Assembly (NCBI GenBank): GCA_951406725.2
Contig: OX597819.1
Coordinates: 66,464,001 to 66,528,000 of the forward strand
DNA: 64,000 nucleotides
Source: Octopus vulgaris
Taxonomy: Eukaryota
Reading direction: 5' to 3'
Positions 50,431 to 64,000 of this stretch are shown here, piece after piece (positions within the stretch are counted from its first letter, which is position 1; each line of letters starts with the position of its first letter). A program made the translations under genes and the position numbers. Below the pieces are notes generated by a model that saw only the letters and a list, made by a program, of their open reading frames with translations, was not told the origin of the DNA and did no database searches.

Positions 50431-51696
50431 TGTTTAGGCACATGTATACACCCATTACATATGTATAAGACTATGTATATGTCAGGCATGTACTTACAGA
50501 TGTGTTCGTCAGACAGAAATGCATGTGTGACTATCTGTGTGTCTGTGAATTTTCAGTATTTATAGGTTTCTAGGATTCACACTATTCGAGGTTTCTGTGC
50601 GGACAGGAAGAGATACTGAATAAGTTGTAGGTGATAAGAGGAAGCGTTGTTCCCGATTACACAGTTATAAGATGCATAGAAACACATGAATTTTATGTAA
50701 ATAAATACAGATTTCTGTGTGCATAAATGTAAGTGAATGCTTATATATACGAGGATATATATATATGGAGAGAGAGAGAGAGATAGATAGATAGATAGAT
50801 AGATACATACATACATACATACATACATACATACATACATACATACATACATACATACATACATACATGCATACATACATGGTGGTTGTCTACTCATTAT
50901 ACAGAGTTTGACCAACACCTGTACCTACTCCTTAGCACCATCATGGCATCTGATGGGGCTATTTAAACCAAACAATGTTTTAAAAAGACGCCCACATAGA
51001 TTTCACCTCTGATTTAGATCACCAAGACCGGCAGAAAAATTCTGCTCTTTGTGGATCTTAATATTTTTTTGAGGCCTCTGTTGGATTTGCAAACCTTCTG
51101 GCATATGCTGCATACAAACATCTATACATACATACATACATACATACATACATACATACATACATACATACATACATACATACATACTATATACATACAT
51201 ACATACATACATACGTACATATATAGATACGTACATACATTCATACGTACCAACATGCTTTCATACATATATACATATATGCATACATACGAAGATCTAT
51301 TCTCTAGGGCTAAATAACAGTAGCATTCTTCCTTTTCAATGGACTGTCACATTAAGTTGATAACATACTATCACACTACCAATTGATGTTCCAAACTTAA
51401 TACCAGAATGACCTTGGATCTTTGTACCTATTTTGCGGCTGTTCCATTTATTATTACTTCATGTGTAATAAGAGAAAGAGAGAGAAACAAAAAAGGAGAC
51501 AGGAAGAAAGATAAAGAAAGAGAGAGAAAATAGACACATACAGAAGAAAGAAAATCATAGAGAGAGGGTATGTGGTTTTAGTTTCATCTTGTGGGACAAA
51601 CAGACAAGTAGATAGAATCTCACTGTTCTCTCTCTCTCTCTCTCTCTCCCTCTCTCTCTCTCTCTCTTTCTCTCCTAATATATATATATATATTTG

Positions 51697-51965
51697 TGTG
51701 TTTGCAGTGGATTGGGGTGGTAAGAGCGGAGTGGTGTGTGTTGAGAGAAATGTTGAGAAATTGGACGGAGGAGTTAGGGGCAGGAGAATTTGAGCGCAGG
51801 ATGTAATGATTGGACAAAGGAGAGGAAGCAGTCCAGATGTCCGCTGGAGAGTGAGGTCACACCGATACAGTTATCGATATAACCACCGTATAGCTCAGCA
51901 GTGGGACTAGGGAATAGTGAGAATATTTGGGCCTCAACATAGCGAACGAACAGGTTCGCATAATA
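51697..51965 (-). pseudogene. Penelope-like element reverse transcriptase fragment
   Basis: YANLFVRYVEAQIF..PTAELYGGYIDNCIGVTS..FLSFVQSLHPALKFS then SSVQFLNISL..LTTPIHCKHT corresponds to PLE YANLF...RYIDD...HP.LKFT...FLD...KPT. Confidence 0.85.
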
Positions 51966-52950
51966 AGAAACACATTCACACATAAAAGAGTGAGGTAGAG
52001 AGGTGGGGTGAGAGAGGAATTGAAAGAGAATAATAGTGTGTGTGACAATTGATGGACACAGCACAGCTTCATTCGTTTCGGATCAAGAAAATAGGAAACA
52101 CAATATGCGGTCTGATCAGTGAATAATTTCCATCAATAGCTAATACATATATACGTGCATATGTAGGCGTTTGTATGTATGGACATGAGAGTCTATGATT
52201 CTAATTATATATCTATTTATCTTCTAAATATCCATGAATATACATGTATTGCTTCTATCTATACACACACACATACGCATGTACTAGAATGTATGTTTGT
52301 TTTCGTACAATCATATCTACGAATAAGCATTTATATATATATATGTATATATATGAATATTTGTATACATATGCTCACAGATATGCATGCTACTCTGTGT
52401 GTGTGTGCACGCATGTCTATGTGCTAGTGTGTGTGTGTGTTTGTGTGTTTTTGTCGTCTTGAACCAAGTGTTCCAAAAATGTGTGGTAATCGCAAATTAC
52501 AGGCTTCTGCTGAAGACATTACTACACAATAAAGATTAATTATCATGGAACAAAAGAGTTTCCAATAACCAAACCTTTACAGAGATTGCTGAATATAATG
52601 GATCGTTTGTTTTGTTTTTATTTTTGTTCCTCAATGAATAAAGAATGGCAAAATGAAGACAAGTTGTTGTTTCCCTCCAGCCCCATCCTGTGTTCGGTTC
52701 AGATAGCGTGACGGCATATTATATTGAAATGACTTTTGCATACAGAGACTTACATGTATGTACATGTAAATACACGACATAGTTATGTTCATATACGTAC
52801 GAGCCCCCCCCCCCCATTTATCATGTACATAAATGTCTGCATATATTTTGCATGTATATGTTCATACATATGTATATGCATACGCCCTAGTATGTACGTA
52901 TATGCGATATACACATATAAATGCGTAAATACATACATGCATACATATAT

Positions 52951-53015
<65 letters not shown>

Positions 53016-53017
<2 letters not shown>

Positions 53018-53312
53018 TTGAGGGTGTAAAAAGCACAGCAGAAATCTAAGATATTTCGATTTAGAAAGAATTTAATAAAATGAATTTAAAATTATATGAA
53101 GGCAATATAGAATATTACCATTTGCGACGATGATTCTCATCTCATGAAACATTTGTAAACATTTATAAAAAATTTAAAGTAAAATCAATAGACAAACTGT
53201 TTTTGACCTCAAACAGGAGATAAACTGTTTTTAATTATACTTTTTATAAATTTTTTTATTATTAATATTTAATAAGATGATATTCATCATCGAAACGGTA
53301 ATATTCTATATT
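53016..53312. mobile_element. Fold-back element with two decayed inverted HHR motifs
   Basis: AATATAGAATATTACC (53104-53119) versus GGTAATATTCTATATT (53297-53312). The plus arm reads AATAT-TTAATAA-GATGA-TATTCA-TCATC-GAAA-CGG-TA-ATATT. Confidence 0.65.
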
Positions 53313-53368
53313 TTCTTTCTCTCTGGTTATCTCTCTCTCTCTGTATATATATATATATATATATATAT

Positions 53369-53412
<44 letters not shown>

Positions 53413-53486
53413 GGAATTTACAAAAGAGAGGACGATATCAGGGGTATAAACAACAAACACGTGTATTAGTTTGTTAGTTAGTTAGT

Positions 53487-53559
<73 letters not shown>

Positions 53560-53959
53560 TGATTGATTGATAGATAGACAGAGATAGATATTAGCTACAT
53601 ACCAGCAATCTCAAAGCCCGACGATTGCCTGAGAACAGAAGGCACGTTTGAAAATTTGTCTAACCGAGTGACTTCGCAGCAAGAAACTATCACTGGCTCA
53701 TATTTTGATAATGTACATTAAATGAATACCATCTATCAATAGATAGGGTACGGTATTTCTTTATCGCATCATAACAAAACAGTAAACTATACACATCACG
53801 CGAGCGCACACACACATATTTACCTGTCCTATGCATGAACTATTACAGATTTATCTGAGGTACTGGACATCATATATATATTCTCACAAATATAAACATA
53901 CCCACACACAAACGGTTTCCACGCTATCCCTCTTATATATATATATAGTGTGTGTGCAA

Positions 53960-54390
53960 TGAGTAAAGTGTCGCCATCTTATGATTTTTAATTTCGCGCA
54001 TGCAAAAATTTGCCTTTGATTTTCTCGACGAGTAAAGTGTAGTAGGTTCTGTTGGGCACCGTCTGTGAGTAAAACAGCATCATGACGCCATTCAGTTTGC
54101 CAGAATTTTGGAAAAGACATGCTATACTGCTTGGCATCCACACCGTAAGCTCCAATACGAAGAGATGCCGAACGCACAGAACTACCGTTGGCGTGCGTGT
54201 CCCCCAAACACGTACCGAAAGTGATAAAAATCAAACAACCAATCAACATAATATTGTTTGTAGTGATCACTAGTGATGACGACGTTATGCCTCCATTATT
54301 CTTCCCACTCGGTCTCACACTCAACACGGAGTCCTGCATCAAGTACCTGGACGAAGTAGTGCTGCCCTGGTGAAGACGGTGGCTGCTGCA
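53960..54390 (+). mobile_element. maT/DD37D-like transposon, internally deleted 5' part
   Basis: MTPFSLPEFWKRHAILLGIH start, then VPKVIKIKQPINIILFVVITSDDDVMPPLFFPLGLTLNTESCIKYLDEVVLPW. Confidence 0.75.
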
Positions 54391-54771
54391 AAATCCTGAC
54401 GCACAACTCCAGCACGAAGATTCACTCCAGCATGTTCTTTGTCTATCTCCTTAACTCCTTGGAGATTTTAGGTATAATTATACTAATTTAATTAAATTCC
54501 GTGCATTTGTGCAGCTGAAGATTGTTCTGCATTTAAATTGATGTAATGATTGCATTGTTAAATTAAATGGAGTTGCATGAAACGATCGTACTGCATTACC
54601 TCTGGATGTCTTTGTTGCTTATTTTGATTATATATGTATATATCTCGGTGTCAGCCCTTCTGGTGACGTTGATGATCGCCTGGGGCTAAATGCATCAGTA
54701 ACACCCCCACCACCCCGCCCTGTCCCTAGCCACATTCAGATGGCTGATCCCCCTTATGTTATATATATATA

Positions 54772-55748
54772 AACTTAGATAAACTTAGATATGTTTCGAC
54801 CAATGATTGGTCCAGGCCATGTCTAATTTAATAGCACCACCTGATAGGATTATTTGAATCCTGTTTAAGTCAAGTTTTGTTTATGGTCCATTCAAGTAGT
54901 GAGTTTTTGTTGGGTGAGTTGTATCCAATTATGGGTGGCTTATCTGGTATTCCTTGAAGGAATCTATCCAGACTCTGTTTAAAGTTGATGGGATCCTGTT
55001 CCTCTTTGATCTCTTTCGGGACAATGTTAAATAGGGCAGGGCCTGTTTGAGGAAAAGAAATTATGTTGTAGTGTACATGTATGCTGTGATCTTGAATTGG
55101 GCAAGGGACGTATGGCCCGTGGTCCCAGTCTTGGATGAACATTGAAGCTAATGTTCAAGTCGTTTAGGCAAAGTTGGCGGTATATTCTCCACATCGTACA
55201 AGTGATGTACCGCTCACGGCGACGCTGGAGAGAGTAGTGTTTCAAGGCTTTAAGGCGATCCCAATAATCGAGAGCAGCCATGCCTTCAATTCGTTTAGTG
55301 AGTGCTCTCTGAGGTGATTCAATCCTCGAGATGTTTTGTCTTTTATGGGGAGACCACAGTGGGCAGCAGTATTCGAGGTGTGGCCGTACAAAGGAGGAGA
55401 AAAGTGGTATGATGACACCTTGTTCTCTGCGAAAAGTTCTTAAGATCCAGGAACTCATCCTACGAGCTATATCAACCTTCTTGTTGATGTGTGCACTCCA
55501 ACTGAGATCGTCATCAACAATTACACCCAGGTCTCTGATATTGTTAGAAGCTGTGAGCGGTTCCCCTGAAGGAAGAGAGTATGGCTGTTTTAGTGAGGAA
55601 TTTCTTCGAAAATGCATCAGCTCAAATTTTCCCTCGTTCAGTTGCATTTTGTTTCTGTCTGCCCATTGACTCACAGCATATAGATCAGACTGGAGTTCAG
55701 TTCGGTCTGCTTCTTTATTGACGATTTGCTGGAGCTTAGTGTCATCAG

Positions 55749-55751
<3 letters not shown>
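54772..55751 (-). mobile_element. 5'-truncated CR1-group LINE (RT from FADD to the C-terminus, plus 3' UTR)
   Basis: [35 protein letters not shown]; the 3' UTR is similar to 21186-21255; the 5' end abuts (TA)n. Confidence 0.92.
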
Positions 55752-55820
<69 letters not shown>

Positions 55821-55893
55821 CATATATATGTATATATATATATATAATATATATATATATAATATACATATATATATATTATATATATATAAT

Positions 55894-55951
<58 letters not shown>

Positions 55952-56433
55952 ATATATAATATATATATATGTATATATATATATATATGCATATATGGTT
56001 AAACAGTAAACAACATGAGATGCGAAAACAAATGTGTTCAATACGAGAGAAACAAATGGAAAACAGGACAAGTAACATAAAGATCGACCCTTAACTAGTT
56101 GTCGGTTGCTTACCTTCTCCTTATTTCGAGCACTGAACAATATGAATGTAGTTGTTCCCACAAATACCAAAATAAAATTTTGGATATATGGACGGTAAAA
56201 TTTGGGGAAAAAAAAAACAGGACAGTGAAGACATAGAAGGAAACCGAATGAAAACAAATGTGGAGAGTCGTTAGATAAGAACGTGGGTAAAGTACTGAAC
56301 GCTGGAGAAATATCTTCTTTGAAAAGAGAAAAGATAGAAGAGAGAGATAGAGAGGACACATCCAGCATCTAGGACAGTCCTGAAAAGAAAGAAAGATGAT
56401 CACATGAAGAAAAGAAAGGTGGCCGATGGTCAC

Positions 56434-57229
56434 GCGCGAGCTACGAGAGAGATAGTAAAGGAGAAAGTGGGTGAGAGAGAGAAAGAGAGAAACACGGATA
56501 GAAAATGGTGAAGTGGAGGGATTAGAGAAAGGATGAGAGAGAAAACGACAGTGGAAGGGGATTAAAATTTACGGGAGCGGGTGTTTAGGAATTCTCTAAA
56601 TTTCATCAAGCTAAAAAATTTGCGCTAGCCTTTAAATCGTTAATGTGTTGTCAATGATGAATAAGTTTTGAATGCTTGCCATGGTGAGTCCACTGTTGTG
56701 AGAAAGAATCACTTCAAAACTTGGTGTTTAGGAATTTTCTTTTACAACAAGTTCAAAATTTTACGCCAGCCGTTAAACTGCCACTACGTTGCTGTCCGTC
56801 GTTAAGAAATGCCAGCCATGGTGACTCTACTATCCTCAGATTCTATCCCTTCAAACTTTGGTTTCCAATATTTAAAAAATTTTTTTATTCAGCTCGCAAG
56901 TTCGTCTATCCCTTTTAAATGTTAGTGGTTTGCTGTCTGCCTTGAAGCAGACCTTTCCGTTGTCACTGCCTGATATTTATGATTGATCTTTCAAATATTT
57001 TACTTTCTCAACTTACTCAAGATCTTTTGTTGTTTATAAATGGGAGAGAGATAGATAGAGAAAGAGAGAGTAAGAGAAAGCAAGGGAGAGTCCGAGAGAA
57101 AGGAAGAGTAAGAGAGTGGGAAAGTGAGAGAGAAAGGAGAGAGAAACAAAGAGGGAGAATGTGGTGATAAAAAACAGAAAGTAAGAACCACACTCTTACC
57201 CGCGCGTAGAGCGGGTCACCTTAAGCTAG
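56434..57229 (+). mobile_element. Helitron-like element 3' portion
   Basis: Hairpin ACCCGCGCGTAGAGCGGGT followed by CACCTTAAG-CTAG|T at 57226-57229. The 5' boundary is uncertain. Confidence 0.55.
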
Positions 57230-57422
57230 TATATGTATATGCATATTTCGGTACAGGACGTCACAAACAGAAACCAAAAGGAAATAGGAAAGCAAATGAG
57301 TTCAATACACAAACAGCGGGAAAAACAAATGGAAAACAGGATAAGTAACACAAAGAACGACCATTCATCAGTTATCACGTATGTATATATATGTATATGC
57401 ATGCATGTGTGGATTAAAGTAG

Positions 57423-57548
57423 TTTGAGTCAAATTTATTGGTATTCTGAGTTTCCAGCTTGATGCTAGTCTTCAGTCATTTGAAATTCAAAATGTCTGAA
57501 GACTAGCATCACGCTTCAAACTCGGAGTACCAACGAATTTGATTCAAA
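57423..57548. repeat. 126-bp imperfect palindrome/hairpin
   Basis: TTTGAGTCAAATT...TGATGCTAGTCTTCAG versus CTGAAGACTAGCATCA...AATTTGATTCAAA. Confidence 0.85.
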
Positions 57549-58574
57549 TTGTTTCAATCTCTACATGTTACACTAAATAAATATTTTGAGTGTCTTTCTT
57601 TCGTTTGTCTCCTCACACACCACACACAGACACGCACATATATATGTATCTATATAGAGAGAGATGAGTGTGTACGTACGTGTTTGTGTATGTGTGTGTG
57701 TGTCTGTTCGTGTGCGTGTGGGTCTATGCGAGCGTGTGTGCGTGTGTGTGTGTTTAATCTGACAAAGCTAGAGGCTGTCCTTGTAGGCTAAAATTATATT
57801 TATTGTAAATTATAAAGTCTTTTCTAAACTCAGGTTTTGGACAATTTTTCTCAACATAGTTTCGGGCTTTATCTTATTTCGATCAAAATGATAAAAAACA
57901 TAAATGATTTATTCGATTTTTTTCTACTCGCAATCCTTTCGTTATAGACAATGTGAATTACAACAGACAATAAAAGTAATTATTTTTCGTATAAGGGAGA
58001 TTGGTAGTAGGAGAGAGATCAGAAACTATACCTTGAAGAATGTGATAATGTGCTGGAGAGAGTATAAACGCTAGAAAAAAAAAAAAGAACACCATTACAC
58101 GGAAATAGCAGACGACTATGGTAATGTTGTTTTTTTCTAGCTGACAACGACGTGTAACAAAACATGTGGACATAGGTTATCTATCCAACTAGACTCAAGT
58201 TTTATCATCATTCCGTTATATCCTATGACGTCCAGCTATAACATGATTTCGGAAGTTTAACGATGATTTTGCCAAAACCTCGAATTCCACATTTTATTAT
58301 GACTTATCTTTATAGATGTCCATTCTTTTTCACACGATTCATTTTTCGACATTCCGACGTTTTTACGGACGAAGATAATTTTTTTGTCAATATCCGAGGA
58401 AGGTAATTGGAGATAGATATATGTAGAATATTTGGAAGTAAGTGATTTGGGTGGTGGGAAAATAACAATATAGAAAATGAAGACGTTGATTATCGGTTAA
58501 TTCATATCAAGAAAGTTTATATATACGCCCAGGAGTAGCTACATATATATATATAATATATATATATATACATA

Positions 58575-58899
58575 TATCAATCAATATAAGGGTAACAGAA
58601 AAATTCAAGAAAAATTTTTTTCTGCAACCAGCGGTCAAGTGAGAAAATAGAAATAGTCACAGACTATATAATATATTCAACAAAATTAAGGAAAGACCCT
58701 TACAGGTCGTTCGACTCACTTGAAAAGAGCAGCTAAACTCAAAACCGCAAAAATAGTAGTAATTCTGAAACTAGAGGAGGATAAATGTTTTTATTTTCTC
58801 CTCTAGTTTCAGAATTACTACTATTTTTGCGGTTTTGAGTTTAGCTGCTCTTTACAAGTGAGTCGAACGACCTGTAAGGGTCTTTCCTTAATTTTGTTG
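58575..58899. mobile_element. Fold-back relative of the 486-nt unit; 102-bp arms at 58678-58779 and 58798-58899
   Basis: Collinear similarity to 14099-14300. The arms differ by about one base. Confidence 0.85.
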
Positions 58900-58919
58900 T
58901 ATATATACATATATATATA

Positions 58920-58950
<31 letters not shown>

Positions 58951-59098
58951 ATATATGTATGTATGTATGTGTGTGTGTATATGTATCTGTGTATTGATAA
59001 AAACGGTAGGATAACGAAAGAAAGAAAGAGACCTTAATATTATGTAAATAGAGGAATTTATCTGTAAATGTAATATGTGACAATTATTTGGTAGCCAA

Positions 59099-59158
59099 GA
59101 TAAAGCTCCGAGTTTCGGATGCCAGGTAGAAATCCACGCCACGATCACTTCAGTTATC
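59099..59158 (-). ncRNA. Decayed hammerhead motif
   Basis: Minus strand reads GATAA-CTGAAGT-GATC..CATCC-GAAA-CTCGGAG-CT-TTATC, with two core substitutions. Confidence 0.5.
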
Positions 59159-59304
59159 CGGCCATCAATAAAATCTATGCATATGTATAAATATATTAGA
59201 TCTATATGTATATATATATATAACAAAGTGGAGTTGTAGGGTACCGCACGAGTAGAATTATATACGAAAGAAGGTTTGAAAATGCAATTTAAATGATGTT
59301 TATT

Positions 59305-59347
59305 TACTTTACCAGTTTCACTCTTTGGAAAAAGATTGTCAAAAGTA
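59305..59347 (-). ncRNA. Decayed minimal hammerhead motif
   Basis: Minus strand reads TACTT-TTGACAA-TCTTT-TTCC-AAAGA-GT-GAAA-CTGG-TA-AAGTA. Confidence 0.5.
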
Positions 59348-60337
59348 ACATGTAGAAGTTTGGTTGCGTTAATTATTGGTTGTTACAAATTGCTACATTA
59401 CATATATACAGTCTTCCGTAACAAGGACATGTTAAGGACATAAAAAACTTCAACAAGTTCCTTAAAATATTGGGCATAAAAGATTACTACATAAAAAATC
59501 ATTCTCAAGGACATGCTTACGATAGTTTCCAGAAGGAATTGATATTGGTATTGGTATTGTATATGTATATTCAAACATGCACAGAATATTGGTTGACACA
59601 GAGTACTACAATCCATATAAATGTACATTCTTTGGTGACAAGTGCATGTTGAGAATATAAAAACGTTTAACAATGGGCACAAAAGATTACAACAAATATA
59701 TTATACATTCTCAAGATAATTTCCAGAAGGAATTATTAAAAAAGTTCAGTAAATATTGGTATACACGTACAGAATATTATGAGTTCAAAAAGATTTACAT
59801 TATAATAGTAGTGAAGCTAAAACTGACCTGTCCACTATGGTAACTGTAAAAGAATATTATCTATTTCAAGGCACACAGAAGGTGTGTTTGGTTGGGGAGA
59901 AAAGGAGGAGTAATGTGGGACTGAAAAAAATTGACCCTTTTTTGTCTCTCCTTCAAGCATCAATGATTTAGGGGTCAGGGTGGGGTGAGTGTGTGTGTGT
60001 GTATATACATATGTGGTGTGAATAGATGTGTCTGTGTGTGTGTAAGATCTGGTAGGATGGTGTGTGTGTATGTGTGTCCGTTTGTCAATCGCGCGTGTGG
60101 TTGTCTTGGTGTTGTGTGTGTGTATGTATGTGTGTGGATGGCATTTGGCATGGTGCTGCGTGTGTATATGTGTGTCTGTATGGAGGTCAGAATGGTGTGA
60201 GTGTGTGTGTACATATATGTATACATGTGTTTGTGTGTGTGAGCTGTTTTGATTGGTTCCAGGGTCCATTGTGGTGTAAATAGATGTGTGTTATTTAAAT
60301 AATTTTTTGGGGTAGGATGGTGTGTGTATATGTGTGC

Positions 60338-60376
<39 letters not shown>

Positions 60377-60570
60377 TGGTTAATGTTTATTAGTGTGTTG
60401 CGTGTGCGTTAGTGTGTATGTTTTTGTTCGTATGTGTGTCCATACTAAATTATGGGTTCTATGAGTATATTGTAATGGAATTGGTGTACTATAGTTAGTT
60501 GTCGTCCCGTATTTTCTCTTTATCATCTATAAAGGAAAGATAATGCTGCAAGTTGAAAACTTTTATATAG

Positions 60571-60628
<58 letters not shown>

Positions 60629-60653
60629 CATATATATATGTACTTATATATAT

Positions 60654-60684
<31 letters not shown>

Positions 60685-60766
60685 TATATCTATCTCTATA
60701 TATATATATACATATACATACATATATATATACATATATATATGTGTGTGTGTATGTGTGTGTATG

Positions 60767-60811
<45 letters not shown>

Positions 60812-60814
60812 TTA

Positions 60815-61670
60815 TACGAGGGGTGATCAATAAGTATTAGGACTGTTGCTATAGAAACGAAACTAAAGGACGCAGAGAAAAACCGCTTAGCAACGACTGA
60901 CTTTGAACTCTGCTGTACATGCGCACTAAAAGTTAACGTTCTATCTCCCTTCTGCTTACAGCAGTGCTTGAAAGGAAGGTGTGTATCTTGTGATCGTTGC
61001 ATTGACCATGACAGAGAAAGTTTTAATGGCGATACCTGCTGAGAGACCTACAAAAATTTGCAGGTAGTTGCAGGAAGTTTATGGAGAGGTGTTTATGAGC
61101 CGTACCCAATTGTACGAGTGGTTCTGCCGTTTCCAAGATGGACGAAAAAATGTCGATTTTGACGAACTTTCAAAGCGACCCGCAACCAGCAAAACTGAGA
61201 AAACATTGCAGATGTTGCGTGCAGCTGTGAAGCAAAATCGTCGAATCACCATCCGTGAGTTATCAAAGGATGTGCAGATTAGTTACAGTTTAGTTCAGTC
61301 CATTATCACTGACGATTGGGGTATTAGACCCTTGTCTACTAAGTTTGTGACTAAACTGCTTTAAGCTGACTAAAAGACACTCGGGTTTCACTTGCTCAAG
61401 GTCCCCTCTAATGTGTCGAGAACGATGAAATGTTTTTCAAAACTTTACATAGGTCTCTGAGCAGGTATCGCCAAGCTTTTGGCAAACTTTGATGTATATA
61501 TTCTGCACAAATTTCCTGCCATGTTCAATGTATCGATCACACGCTACACACGTGTACGCGTTCCTTCCAATCACTAGTGCGAATAGCGGAAGTAAACTAG
61601 AACGTTAAAACATAGTGTGTATGCACAGCAGAGTTCAAGGTCAATCTGTGCGAAGCAGCTTCATGCAATC
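60815..61670 (+). mobile_element. Non-autonomous mariner with transposase HTH fragment (61068-61364)
   Basis: TA-CGAGGGGTGATCAATAAGT TIR. QEVYGEVFMSRTQLYEWFCRFQDGR..RP..RRITIRELS..STKFVTKLL matches the mariner N-terminus up to WVPR.L. Confidence 0.85.
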
Positions 61671-61679
61671 TTATCTACT

Positions 61680-61891
61680 TTTATAAATTATGTGCGAAAT
61701 ATCATCATGGAAATATTAGACATTAAAAAAATTACATGTTAACCAATCTGTTCTTCCAGCAGAATCTGAGTCAGCTGGAAAGAATAGGTTAGTGAACAAA
61801 ATCAGAATTTGCTGGAAAGAACACATTGGTGAATATCTAATTGTTAATGTCTGATATTTCCCTGCGGATATTTTGCTGATAAATTATAAAT
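61680..61891. repeat. ~210-bp imperfect palindrome (MITE-like)
   Basis: GGAAATATTAGACATTAA versus TTAATGTCTGATATTTCC, and CCAATCTGTTCTTCCAGCA versus TGCTGGAAAGAACACATTGG. Confidence 0.75.
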
Positions 61892-62486
61892 GCAAATTTA
61901 TTGCATAAATTTGTAATTTATTGAATGTTTACAAATAGAAACAATTGTTGGAACGATTGATTATCAATTTATTAATAAATAACTATTAAACAATAACTCT
62001 CCATTTTCTTCTCTTAATTATATATATATGACTTGTATATGTTTGTATGTATATACATGTGTGTAGGTGTATATATATATGTGTGTGTGTATACAGAGAG
62101 AGAGAGAGAGAGGAAGAGAGAGAACATGCATATATGCGAACATGTTATTGTACAATATATGCCTCAAATTTAATATCTTATGATGACGTGGCTGTCATTG
62201 TAATCTGAACAAGATCCTAATTATACCGAGTAATGCAACCCCAGAGACACTGTCTTTAGAAAAGAATATATTTGCTCGTTCCTGGGATAAAGCTGGTTTA
62301 AAAAATTCCTTATTACAGAGATATTGGGCTAAAAAATAGCAAATGCCAATTTGATTTTAAAAAAGAAATACATAAGCGGATACACATATATACACACATA
62401 TGTGTGTATGTATGTGTGCGTGTGCGTTTGAGTGAGAGAGAGAGTGTGGGACAGATAGGCAGAGAACCAACGTATACACTCACTTT

Positions 62487-62539
<53 letters not shown>

Positions 62540-62751
62540 TGTGTGTATGTATGCATGTATATATGGACGGATGGATGCAAGCATGTGTATGTATATATAA
62601 AAGCAATCGATAATAATTAATAAAACCATTTTTGTTTACATTTCTTAGTGTATATAGACTATAGTACTAATTGCTTGAGTGTAAGCGCAGGGAAATCAGA
62701 ATTTTCTACAAACAGGAAGTTTCTTAAAATATTAATTTTCAACCAAAAGAA

Positions 62752-63032
<281 letters not shown>

Positions 63033-64000
63033 AAGGTAGTAATGAATTAATTTTCTTCGTTTATCGACATTTTACTTTTTAGCACATAATTGGATATTAG
63101 TGGCGGCAATAATTGGTTGAACACATTATATTCAACTACTCAGCGATACTGTAGGGAAATATGTTCATATATATACATACATACATACATACATACTTCT
63201 CTCTCTCTCTATATATATATAGCAATATTTATTTCAAATAATGATGGCTATAATAACTATTAATACGCATATGTACATAGAAATATAATACATAACAGAT
63301 AATGGGAGAAACAATAATGAATAGCATTATTTATTGTGAAATTATTGTCATTTTACTGTATTGGAAGACGCCTAATCTCTTTATGTAAACGATGTAGATT
63401 TTACAGTCTTTTGTAGACTCGGGGAAGTTTTTTTAAAATCAGACCAGCAACCGAAATATATTCCCAGGCAGAATTTTATCACAGAGCATAAAAATCTAGA
63501 ATGGATTCATCAAGAAATTTCGATCGTCGCACCAAAAAAATGCAACAAGCCACTGCTCTCATGTGGTACTTTTTTTTATGACACTTCATAGGATTACAGG
63601 CAAAAATGAAGATAATGCGAATTGAACTCTGTGCTCTGAGGATGAAAGGAAAACGGCATGACAGTTTATTCAAAGTTCTAAAGATTTTGCCAAATCGCTA
63701 TCTTGATGTAATAACCAATTATGTAAATTATTGGTTTAGAATAGGTAACCATTTAAGCACATGTTGCATAGTAAGTCGATCTAATTAAATATAGACATCT
63801 TCCAGATTCGAAGTATTGAGCCTACCTTATTGATTTATATACACAGTTTTAACAAGCACCAGACTGAGATTGGCATTCGCGGAAAGTGTTTAATTATCAG
63901 TGGATGTATACGCCGCTAAGTTAGACTCTAGGAGACGTATTATTAAGTAAACTAAAGGGAGCAAAGAATTATCGTGGACACTAATGATATATTTCTAAAG

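Noticed and set aside
55752-55869. N-terminal YIYI extension of the 280-aa RT ORF
   Set aside because: It is (TA)n read in frame with the truncated LINE and not part of a protein.

Overview
This is AT-rich, microsatellite-dense eukaryotic DNA. The repeat content resembles a coleoid cephalopod such as Octopus, which is an inference from repeat style and not a database result. I found no host protein-coding gene with confidence, and nearly all ORFs in the supplied track are translations of (TA)n, (TAA)n, (GAA)n, (CA)n or (TACA)n tracts. The recognisable content is mobile DNA: CR1-group LINEs (one with a 548-aa RT ORF), R4/Dong-like RLE LINE fragments in (TAA)n, RTE and gypsy remnants, Penelope-like (PLE) RT and GIY-YIG remnants, several tRNA-derived SINE families, Helitron/Helentron-like elements, and Tc1/mariner and piggyBac fragments. 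The most striking signal is a dense set of about 15 intact-to-decayed type I/minimal hammerhead ribozyme (HHR) motifs in short non-coding elements. These include a 486-nt tandem plus inverted unit with three HHR copies, a 578-nt unit with 147-bp terminal redundancy, a tRNA-headed SINE with an HHR tail, and recurrent fold-back insertions with both 3' ends facing outward into (TA)n. Together they suggest a retrozyme-like, PLE-mobilised family. Coordinates were counted by eye and may be off by a few bases, especially at decayed element edges.
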